A model generated the notes under the pieces. That model was given only the letters and a program-made list of their open reading frames with translations. It ran no database searches and was not told where the DNA came from. A stretch of 64,000 nt of DNA. Origin: Spirogloea muscicola (taxonomy: Eukaryota). Within the stretch, counting starts at the first letter, position 1, and every line of letters starts with the position of its first letter. The stretch is from contig WELB01000023.1 of NCBI GenBank assembly GCA_009602725.1, forward strand, positions 323,637-387,636, in the 5' to 3' direction. The translations under genes and the position numbers were made by a program. Positions 1 to 10,094 of the stretch are shown here, in pieces.

Positions 1-1668
1 GCTGGAACGATACCGCCAAGCGCATGCGAAAGACCTGGGCGAGCGACCCGGCGGCGCTGAAGCCGGGCAGCGCCCCGGGCGGACCCGACCGCCGATCAAT
101 AGCCTGACGAGCAAGCCGCTGGAGGAGATCCAGCTAGCGGCTGCCGAAGGCCCCGTGAACATCGATCGCCAGGGCCGCGAACTCATCACCGACCGGGTGA
201 TCGGCATATTTTCGCTCGTTTGCCCCGACCACCCACCTGCCGACGAGTTCGTCCCCTTGGCGGTGGACGTGCACGGGGCTCTTGGGTCCCAGTGGCTTGA
301 CCTATTGGCTAGGCTTGCGCGGCGGGCTGTGTCCCGCAGACGCGGCGAGCCAGCCGACTTCAACGCCGCGGGCTCGTGGGCTCAGGTATATCGGATGCGC
401 CTCTTTGTATCCCTGCAGCGGTCCATGGCCCACGCTCTGCATCTGCGAGCTGGCCGTGCTCTCGCTGCGGGCTCTGGCTTTCGTCAGGGTGATAGCTTCC
501 CGGCCGCTAGTCTGTCGGATCTGAGGCTCCTCACTCGTACTTATTGAGTGATCCATCCTCCCCCTGTTTTACCATTGCATCCTCAGGCCCCTTTGTAGCT
601 GCTCACCGCTCTTAGGCCCCTCTGAACCTTTGTGAATTCTTTTTGGGCTGGCTTTTCGCAGCCCTTGCCCCCATTGGGAGTGCCACTTCTTTCTTTTGCC
701 CCGGCTGCCAGGCCTACCGCATGCCCTGCAAACGACGCCGACCTGTTGGAATTGTTGGAGTCGTAGCAGTCAGTTGTCACAACGTCGGCGATGATTCGGG
801 AACCGCCGCCAGGCGGGATAGCGACCAGGTCGGCGCGTCGGGTGTGCGACTGGCCGTCCTCGCCCCGCAGGATGGGCATGACTGAGGAGCACCGCCACCT
901 CCACCGCCACCTTGAAGCCCGCCTCCGCAAACACCCCCTGCATACCATCGCGCAGGAGATCATGGGAAGCGGTCCGCTCGCCTCCGTGGGCGCAATGGAG
1001 CATGTGCGCGGCCAGCTCCGCAGGGTCGGCATGCTGGGCGCCGCACTCGCACTGTGTGACACCCACAAGGCAGGGAGGGAGGAGCCCCAAGAGCCGATGC
1101 ACCGCCGTCCGGTAGACTTCGTCTGGCATGGTAAGTGCTGCATAGAGTGGGAGCGCTTGGAGCCACGCCGCCGCCCCAGGGGAAGAGGCGGAGAGAAGCC
1201 GAGCACGCCCGCGAACGTCAGACGGAGGGAGAAGCTCCACCGCCTGGTCAGAGGCCGCCTTCTCGACCAACGCCGTGAAGCGTGCCTGGGCACGCAGGTC
1301 TGGAGTGTGGGCGAGGTGCCAGAAAGGAACAGTCTGCTCGGACATGTTGGGGTGGACCTGCAGGAGCCTGTCGCGGGCAGTGCGGAGGGCGACTTGGAAG
1401 GGGAGATGGCCTCTCCACATCGGCTGCCGCCCGCTCCAGGGCGCGTTGTCCGTGCACGAGGAACCTCTGACACATGGGGGCGGCCACCTGCGCTTCCCAG
1501 GAAGGCCGCCTCACAGACGCGGGCAACTGAGCGGCATCCCAAGCCGCCACGACTGATCGGCAGGCTGGCCTGCAGCTGCGCAGCTTGGGTGGTGAGGAAC
1601 GCCGGGTGCTGCACGAGGGAGGCTGCGGCCGCCATAATGCCGGTGTCGAAGGCCTCATACGCTGCCAG
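1..1668 (-). mobile_element. 5'-truncated, decayed CRE-clade non-LTR retrotransposon (RT thumb, CCHC zinc knuckle, RLE endonuclease), interrupted by a nested antisense copy at 228-694
   Basis: Minus-strand translation gives QASLPISRGGLGCRS (RT thumb), RARLLSASSPGAAAWLQALP, QCECG...AHMLHC...HDLLRD (CCHC) and RRADLV...ADVVTTD...GAK (PD-D/K nuclease). It resumes at 227->1 as ERKYADHPVGDEFAALAIDVHGAFGSR*LDLLQRLARQ...VFRMRLAVSFQ. Frameshifts and a stop are present. Confidence 0.85.
228..694 (+). mobile_element. 5'-truncated CRE-like copy (RLE C-terminus, 3' UTR, terminal hairpin, CTT tail) with 9-bp TSD
   Basis: DHPPADEFVPLAVDVHGALG...RMRLFVSLQRSMAHALHLRAG...SDLRLLTRTY* (stop at 547), motif GGGCTGGCTTTTCGCAGCCC at 645, flanking direct repeat TTTGCCCCG at 219-227 and 695-703. 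Confidence 0.85.
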
Positions 1669-2292
1669 GCTCGCCCATTGAGGACAGGGGCTGGAAAAAG
1701 AAGAAGAAGAAGAAGAATGAATACATAAAGGTCGCTATAATGGAGTGCGCTTTGAGTGATGGAGGGCCTGATGGTCTCGCTGCAGAGGTCCATGGCCCGT
1801 GCGCTGCACCTGCGTGCTGGCCGAGCCCTTGCTGCTGCCTCTGGCTCTGGCCAGGGGACATACTTCCAGGAGCATAGCCTCTCCGACCTGCGCCTGCTTA
1901 GCAGGGGTTACTGAGTGGTTAGTAGCTGCTTTGGTTTTTCTTGTGTGCTTGTCATTTCTGCTGCTTCGCCTTAGGGCTTCGCCTGGCTTCCCCCCCCCTC
2001 TTCTTGTACTCTGTTCATTCTTTTTGGGCTGGCTGTTCCAGCCCATATTCTCAATGGGCGAGCCCTTCTTCGATGAGTGGCCGGGTACGAAGGAGGAAGA
2101 GCTCGCCCATTGAGGATAGGGGCTGGAACAGCCAGCCCAAAAAAGAATGAGCAGAGTACAAGAAGCCCAAGAAGCCCAAGAAGTAGGCCAAGGCCAAGGC
2201 AACGAAGGTACGAAGGCAAGCACATTGACAGGATGTACATCACCTGCTGCTACGCTGACCCCGCTCAGCACATGGAGGTCGCTAACTGACGC
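1669..2292. mobile_element. Cluster of CRE-like 3' fragments: minus tail 1669-1720, plus copy ~1772-2071, minus tail 2095-2180, minus subfamily-B end ~2214-2292
   Basis: VSLQRSMARALHLRAGRALAAASGSGQGTYFQEHSLSDLRLLSRGY* followed by the 3' UTR and motif. An inverted copy of the motif lies at 2100-2165. 2214-2292 matches the 52875-52970 UTR in reverse. Confidence 0.8.
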
Positions 2293-2517
2293 CGAATAAA
2301 GGACGGCTGAAAAGACTAGAAGAGAGTAAATTAAACTTCACCGAAGTGATTAAGCCCTTGTGCCGCCAGCTGAGGCTCGACCAGCTCTCGGGGGTTAGGG
2401 TTTGCCCTGGGCCCCCCCGCTTCTCGCGGCGGCGGCGGCGGCGCGGCTCTCGGGAGAGGCGAGGGCTTCCGGCCGTTCCGTTGAGTCTCTGAGGCGTCGC
2501 CCGCAGCCGCCGGCGCC

Positions 2518-3182
2518 ATGTCGGTCGCGGCGGGCGTCACGGACGCGGCGATGGCGGTGCGCGACAAGCTGCGCGGGAGGATCGCGCAGACGCGCGTGAA
2601 GCGGTACTGGCCGGGCAAGGCGCCGGACTGGGCGACCGCCGAGGAGGCCGCCGCCGCCGCCGCCGCCGCCGCTGCGGCGGGNNNNNNNNNNNNNNNNNNN
2701 NNNNNNNNNNNNNNNNNNNNNNNNNNNNNNNNNNNNNNNNNNNNNNNNNNNNNNNNNNNNNNNNNNNNNNNNNNNNNNNNNNNNNNNNNNNNNNNNNNNN
2801 NNNNNNNNNNNNNNNNNNNNNNNNNNNNNNNNNNNNNNNNNNNNNNNNNNNNNNNNNNNNNNNNNNNNNNNNNNNNNNNNNNNNNNNNNNNNNNNNNNNN
2901 NNNNNNNNNNNNNNNNNNNNNNNNNNNNNNNNNNNNNNNNNNNNNNNNNNNNNNNNNNNNNNNNNNNNNNNNNNNNNNNNNNNNNNNNNNNNNNNNNNNN
3001 NNNNNNNNNNNNNNNNNNNNNNNNNNNNNNNNNNNNNNNNNNNNNNNNNNNNNNNNNNNNNNNNNNNNNNNNNNNNNNNNNNNNNNNNNNNNNNNNNNNN
3101 NNNNNNNNNNNNNNNNNNNNNNNNNNNNNNNNNNNNNNNNNNNNNNNNNNNNNNNNNNNNNNNNNNNNNNNNNNNNNNNNNN

Positions 3183-3241
<59 letters not shown>

Positions 3242-4241
3242 AAGCGGCGGCGGCGGCCGGCGGCGCCGGCGGCGTCGCCGGCGGGCTGGACGACGTTGAC
3301 ACAGACGACGAGGCGAACGAGGCGGAGGAGTACGAGGCGTGGAAGGCGCGGGAGATTGCGCGCATCCGGCGGGACCGCGACGAGCGCGAGGCGGCGGCAC
3401 GCGAGAAGGAGGAGGTGGAGCGGCTGCGCACAATGACGGAGGACGAGCGCCGCGAGTGGGAGCGCCGTAACCCGCGCACCGGCGCCGGCGGCGCGGCCAA
3501 GACCAAGTGGAAGTTCATGCAGAAGTACTACCACAAGGGCGCCTTCTTCCAGGACACGGCGGACGACGCCGGCGGCACCGCCGGCGGCGACACCATCTTC
3601 GGGCGCGACTTCTCGGCGCCCACCGGCGAGGACAAGCTCGACAAGTCCATCCTGCCCAAGGTCATGCAGGTCAAGCACTTTGGCCGCTCCGGGCGCACCA
3701 AGTGGACGCATCTGGTCAACGAAGACACGACCCAGTGGGACACGCCGTAAGCACTTGACACTTAGGCTGCCCGCACCTCGAATTTCACCTCAGAGCCGGA
3801 AGTTGTTACAAAGTCTGGAGCACTGTGCAGACTGCGATGATCACCTCCGCTTGCTCCTTGCGCTTTCCTCGTCGTCCTCTGCTCTGGGTCTTGACTGAGA
3901 CACTAACGTTACTCTGGAAAATGGCTTCTCTGGGCAGAGTCACAGCTACATGCAATTTCTTAATCTAGTCAATTAAGTCTTAGGAGTTATGCTTGCGAGG
4001 CAGGGCGGTCATCAGGGAGCTCATCCTCCCTGTCCAGGCAGCCGAGTGTTTGCAGCTGGACCCCTGCTCTCCAGACTGTGTGGATCTCCACAGACTGATT
4101 GCTGCTGTGGAGCGTCGCGTTTGCAGGTGGACCACCAATGACACGCTGCGGGCCAAGTACAACAGCAAGATGGCGGGCATGAATAAGCCACTGGAGAAGC
4201 CCAAAGGCAGCCGGAAATTGAAGGACTGGGAGCAGCATTAG
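2518..4241 (+). CDS. MFAP1: Microfibrillar-associated protein 1 (spliceosomal B-complex factor); exons ~2518-3746 (spans an N gap) and ~4127-4241
   Basis: MSVAAGVTD...VKRYWPGKAP; EEYEAWKAREIARIRRDR; KWKFMQKYYHKGAFFQD; RDFSAPTGEDKLDKSILPKVMQVKHFGRSGRTKWTHLVNEDTT. GT-AG intron to WTTNDTLRAKYN...KLKDWEQH*. Confidence 0.95.
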
Positions 4242-5062
4242 AGCCCACGAAAGCTACAAATGCATGCATGCTGCATGCGCTACTGCCCTGTACAGACTCT
4301 CCTGTCTCAATGCCCACGATTTTGTGCCCCAATGGTGCCCAACGCGCCAATGTAGCAAGGCCGTTGAAGCAGCGGCTACATTACTGATCGCTTCAAAGCA
4401 GCGGCCATTATGATCGTGAGCCAAACACGCAGTCCTGCTTCTGAATTCTGGCTCATCTTGCAGTCCCTTTGTGACGGTGCTTCCTTACTGGAGGGCCCAG
4501 CGTTTCTCTCAAGCATGAGGATAATGTGAATTGACAATTGCCAGGCACAACCCTGTAGGAATGTTGCTCAGTTGGAGTGAGGGAGGTCACAGTTGACGTG
4601 CCAGTCTCTGCACAGAGATATATGTTTACGCTTCGCATGCTTCACAAGGCCACCCAACAGATTCGAGATGATTAAGTGAGTCGACGATTTTATGCCTTGC
4701 TGCCAGAAGCAGCAAGGGAGTTTCATCTGCTGAGCTCACCTTGCTTAATCTGGCAGTTTCTGCAACCTCGGTTTCTAATGGCTACATGTTGCCAGACCCA
4801 GCCATGCACACAATTGAAAGCATTCAAAATCAGGTGAGGTCTTGCAAACAATATTGCTCTCATGTTCTCAGGCTGCTGTGCCGGGGCACGGCAGCCGGGT
4901 CAAGCCGGATAGGCAGCAGTTATTCTGTAAGTCATGCACAGCCTGTCAAAAAGGAGGGTCCACATCCCAACGCATCGCTGGCGGGGTGCCGACCAACTAA
5001 CCCTATATGCAGCATAGACAGTGCGCTACCTTGTCAAAAAGGGGCCTTTCGTAGCGCCGCTC

Positions 5063-7807
5063 TCACTTCACGCCGAGTTCAGCCTCAGTGAGCATCTGAG
5101 CCAGCTCCTCGAAGGCCGAGGAGTCTGTCTTGTACGATGACACCTCCTCCGCCCATCCAGGTACAATGTTGGGCAGCTTGCTGTGATGGAGTCCAGGAGA
5201 AGGACAACGACAGTCAAAGTCAGTCATTCGGATCGTGGCTGGCATTGTAGTAGCCCACAACTTCAGACCGAAGTACCAAAGTGGCGACCCTTTATAGGTA
5301 GTCATTGTGGCTGCATACACATCATCCTGTCTTTGGCGGCTTCTGCTTATGCTTTGTCCTTTTGGGTTTTTATGAAAGACAAGCATGCCGCATGTCACCT
5401 GTGGCGCCGGCCCTCCTCGCTAGGTGGAAAGATGACGCACTCCTTGGAGCGCTTGTGGCACATCTCCTCGGCGACCTTGTCATCGATGTTGAAGGACGCC
5501 TTGAGGACCTCACACGGCATGCCCCGGAATACAGAGTTCTTGCCAACCAAGAATGCGGGCAGTGAGCACGGGCACGTCGTGATTGTGATCCACTCAAAGC
5601 CCTCGTTCTTGTCAGCAATCTGCATGCCAGGAACAGCGTCAGATGGCCAACCGCAGAAGGTATGCAGGCAGCTTGCTAAAAGGCAAGATCATGGGATGGA
5701 CCCAACTACTGACATTGTACTTCCAACAGGCAATAGTTCCATGACTAGTTAATGCTGATCATTGCAGATCTGTGGTTGCTTGATGACAGGGACGTCTTGC
5801 GACCATGTGATGCATGCTCTGACCTGGGTGCTGGGGAAGTTCTTGGGGATGATGATAAGGTCGCCCTTCTTGAGGTTCTTGTCGAAGCCGTTGGTGCCGT
5901 CGGGCATGGCGACCTGGACGCGCCCCTTGCCCTTCGTCACGTACAGGATGTCCGCTGCGTTCACGCACCAGTGGGGGGCCAGGATTGCACCGGGCTGCAG
6001 GAGAGCATCAGTACAAGAATTAAGACGGTTTGGTGCATTGTGCATTGTGGTGGTCCCCTCTGAATGCAACTGGGCTGAGGGTTGCGAGCACATGGCGCTG
6101 TTGCGATTTCATTTGCTATTTGACTGGCATGATGCAAGGTTCCTGTGTTGCTTTTGTTCCCAAACGTGATTTATCAGTGCTGCAGCAACTGTTGATATAA
6201 AAAATGCTCAGTGTAAGGATTCATGTCAGTATGAAGGCATGAAGGCAGGGCATCGAGGTCCAGACCTCCAACTTGACACGCGCGACACCAAGGCCCATCT
6301 TCTTGAGGCAGGGGACCTTGTATGCGTGCAGCAGGCTCATGCAGCCGCCCTTTTCCACGCAAATGTCGGGGTTCTTGCCATCCATGTCAAAGACGAAGTC
6401 CAGCAGGAAATTCTTGGAGCTTGATGTTGGCATCTTAAGCTGCACATGTGCAGCAAACATGTCACAGATTAGAAACAATGTCTTATGTGTATGAGATCGA
6501 TGGCCGGTATATGGAACTGACGGGAAAGAAGTTTCCAAGTGCATGCACCATGCATGCGGGGTTGTATGGTCGTGGGTTTTGGGCAATGAACACTGCAAAA
6601 GGGGCAATGGTTGTTGTTACCTCCTCCTCCACCTTGATGATGCCGCCGCGCTTTTGGGAGCTCAGAAGCTTTTCAATGCACTTCTCCTTCGTGTCCCAAA
6701 CCTTGGCTAAGACATCCTTGCTGTGCAAGCGGATGAATGCCACTAATCAAGATGGTTTTGCTCAGCAACATGCAACATGCAATAGGCTGGATAAGGGCTG
6801 AGGTTTGGCAGACACGGGGACAAGGACAAGTGGAGATGCTCAGTGACATTGGGAACCATACCTGCAAGCCACACAAAGGAGTGAGCACTTGCAGCTCACC
6901 TGAACCCGTGAAGGATGCTGCGATGCTCCTCCTCACCACCGGCGAGCCAGAACTTGGTCACATTGCCCGGACAGGGGCCAGCGGAGGTCTCTGCAACGCC
7001 GAAGATTTCAAGATTGTCCTCGCCACTATTATACAGCCAGTGGGCCCATGCGCGCGGCTTGAGGATCACATCGCCCTCCTTGATGCACCTGCAGAGAGCG
7101 AGAAGCTTATGGCGCTGGCAGCTCGGACGTTTTTGTGATGGCTGAAACATTGCGAAAGCACTTGCATGAACATGCTTGTGGTACTGCATGTCAACTTCTG
7201 AACGTTAGCTAATGTTGAAGCATTGAAGCATTCAGTGCACAGGTACACTTGGGCTCATGAAATTGCAGAGCCATAAGAGTTATGATGAGCCGAGATGGCA
7301 TCTGGGAGCATAGTGCACATCCAGTGTCATGTTGCTGAACCTGGCATTGGTGGGGATGCCGAAGGGCGTCACAAGCCCCATGCATGCGCTGCCCTTGACC
7401 ACGAAGGCGATCATGGCGGCACTGGTGTAGTGCGGCAGCACCAGCCCTTTCGGCTTGATGCAGACCTTGGCGGCCCCAACGCTGGCATCCTGCAGCAGCG
7501 CATATGCAACTGATGAGGCACTTGCAGCGATTAGTAGACGGAAATGACAATAGAACCACCAAGCGGGCCACCTGCTGTACACAGTTATAAGCTGTTGCGG
7601 CTGCGGCTGCGGCTGCAGCCTGCAGTGAAGGACGTCGCGCACCTTGATCTGCTCGAAGTTGGGGCTCCACACGTCCACTCGGCCGCCCTCGGTCTCGAGC
7701 ACCGGCCGGGGGCCCTCGGGCATGAAGTCGAACTCCTCTCGCCGGGCGGAGGTGCCGAGCACCAGGCCCAGCAGCAGCACCAGGGCGGCGGCGGGCCTGG
7801 CCGCCAT
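5063..7807 (-). CDS. Bicupin 11S globulin/legumin-glutelin-like protein, copy 1 (signal peptide, ~9 exons)
   Basis: MAARPAAALVLLLGLVLGTSA signal; ETEGGRVDVWSP; GAAKVCIKPKGLVLPHYTSA; FWLAGG...ILHGF; PGAILAPHWCVNAADILYVTKGKGRVQV; GFEWITITT...LVGKNSVFRGMP. Last exon ...LTEAELGVK* is in consistent phase. Confidence 0.88.
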
Positions 7808-8723
7808 GGCGACCGCCGCAGGTATTGTGGGCTTGGTGTGGCCGACGCAGCTAGCTGATTGCTCGCAGCTGGCTGCACAAGGCGCGGGCGCGGAGGAGGA
7901 GGGAGGGGCTCGGGGGTGTGGGCGCCCGTGCCTAGCGAGCGACTGGCGGGGCGGCGCCGGACTTCGGGGCTTCTATGGCGGCTGGCGGCGGCGAGGCGGA
8001 GGGCCCGGCGCCGGGGGCCGCCATGCACTGCAGGGCCGCGTCAGGCTGGCCCGACCACCGGGCGCGCGCATGCACACGACGTGGATTTCATCTCCTCACC
8101 TCGACCCCCCCCCCCCACCCCGCCCTTCCCCCTCCCCACCCCTCACNNNNNNNNNNNNNNNNNNNNNNNNNNNNNNNNNNNNNNNNNNNNNNNNNNNNNN
8201 NNNNNNNNNNNNNNNNNNNNNNNNNNNNNNNNNNNNNNNNNNNNNNNNNNNNNNNNNNNNNNNNNNNNNNNNNNNNNNNNNNNNNNNNNNNNNNNNNNNN
8301 NNNNNNNNNNNNNNNNNNNNNNNNNNNNNNNNNNNNNNNNNNNNNNNNNNNNNNNNNNNNNNNNNNNNNNNNNNNNNNNNNNNNNNNNNNNNNNNNNNNN
8401 NNNNNNNNNNNNNNNNNNNNNNNNNNNNNNNNNNNNNNNNNNNNNNNNNNNNNNNNNNNNNNNNNNNNNNNNNNNNNNNNNNNNNNNNNNNNNNNNNNNN
8501 NNNNNNNNNNNNNNNNNNNNNNNNNNNNNNNNNNNNNNNNNNNNNNNNNNNNNNNNNNNNNNNNNNNNNNNNNNNNNNNNNNNNNNNNNNNNNNNNNNNN
8601 NNNNNNNNNNNNNNNNNNNNNNNNNNNNNNNNNNNNNNNNNNNNNNNNNNNNNNNNNNNNNNNNNNNNNNNNNNNNNNNNNNNNNNNNNNNNNNNNNNNN
8701 NNNNNNNNNNNNNNNNNNNNNNN

Positions 8724-8963
8724 TTCCTCAACCTCCTCTAGCAGCTCCACAAGCGGTACCGGTCGAGTCGACATGGCCCCCGTCAGCACGGCTCCCCCCG
8801 CTCTGTGGCACCTCCGGCCCTCCTAGTATAGGGCGTCTTTTCATGTAGCCACATTCTTTGCGCTGCATTCTTTGCACTTTCTGCATTTTCTGCCTGAACA
8901 ATGTAATGGCTTGAATTGGCCTCGCTTTAATTTCATGCGCACCGCGCGCCTTCTCTCTCTCAT
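8724..8963 (-). repeat. Copy of a probable non-autonomous Helitron family, near-identical to 29939-30173 in reverse complement and cut by an N gap
   Basis: About 235 bp of near-identity with 29939-30173 by eye. Confidence 0.75.
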
Positions 8964-9169
8964 CTCCCCCACCCCCCGATGCTCTCGCGAGCGCTCTCCC
9001 TCCCCCCCTCCTCTCTATTGTGCTCTCCTCGAAGGCCGCCCGCTATGGCCCTCGGGGGGAGGCCCCTCGGCCTCGGCCGGGCACCATTCGCCGGACCCCA
9101 CCTCGGCGCCTCGCCCAAGAGCGGCGCTAGGAGCCGGCCTGCAACCCGCGTCGCGTAAATCGAGAAAAT

Positions 9170-9370
9170 AAGCTCATCCAACGGGGGCGAGGGCTGTGAA
9201 AACAACAGCTATTCCATTTGAAGGCAGTGGCTGGAAAAGGCCAGCCCAAAAAGAATGCACAAAGGTCCAACGAGCCGAAAGGCGCCTAAAGCACACAGCT
9301 ATGCACGAGACTACAGCGGATAGCCGTTGACAAGGTCCGAAGGGGCCAAAGAGGGCTGAAGCACACAATC
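9170..9370 (-). mobile_element. Degenerate CRE-like 3' UTR/terminal motif fragments
   Basis: gggggcgagggctgtgaaaa and ggctggaaaaggccagcccaaaaagaatg match the reverse complement of the terminal motif and UTR. Confidence 0.6.
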
Positions 9371-10094
9371 AAGCAAGTATTGCGAAGTCTGGTCTGCGAA
9401 GTCTGGTCACTCAGAAAAGCTGATAATTTGTAGAGGCATAACAGACCGAGGGCTGTATCTCTGTGGTATCCACTAAATTGTGCTCGTTGATCTGCAATTA
9501 TGTGTCACAATCGTACATTGACGTCGTCCACCTATGTCAGCGCTTTTCTGTATCCCTGCTGCTGAGCTCAAGATAATGTGCGTTTGTCGAAAGCACATTT
9601 TCCTGTCCTCCAGTGTATGCTTTTGCTTTGGATGGCGACCTGCATAGGCAAATCCTACTAAGTATGTGCTTGATGGCAACTCGTCCTCGAATATTCTGAC
9701 CTTTTAAATTATACAATGACATGCAGATTGTGCAAATAATTTTATCTTAGGACACCATCATCCACATATGTACTGCGGCAAACTATAGTCCCAAAAACAT
9801 TACAAGACACGATGTGACTTTTACAGGCCGAATCTTCTAAGACAATTGTGTACTACCGACAAGCATCACGAGCATCACAGCAAACAGATAGGCATCTGTA
9901 CAGTGACGACGTGAGTTGAACGGGTTTGTAAGGCATGTACTAAATCGTCCTTCACTTGGTGCTACCCAATGTACAGTCTGCACCACTGAGGTTGTACAAT
10001 TACACTTCCACAATCTCTTCCAGTTGGCTTAAATTTGTACGACTTGGCATAGACCGACACAGCCAATGCTATTCATCAGCATTCTCAGTGTAAT

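Noticed and set aside
2026..2065. HDV-like ribozyme reading of the terminal motif
   Set aside because: The topology is superficially nested, but there is no room for P3/L3/P1.1, no conserved catalytic C, and it lies at the 3' rather than the 5' end.
3183..3240. Poly-A run giving poly-Lys in MFAP1, or a possible retro-insertion tail
   Set aside because: It directly abuts an N gap within a region that is acidic in MFAP1 homologs, so it is most likely an assembly artefact.
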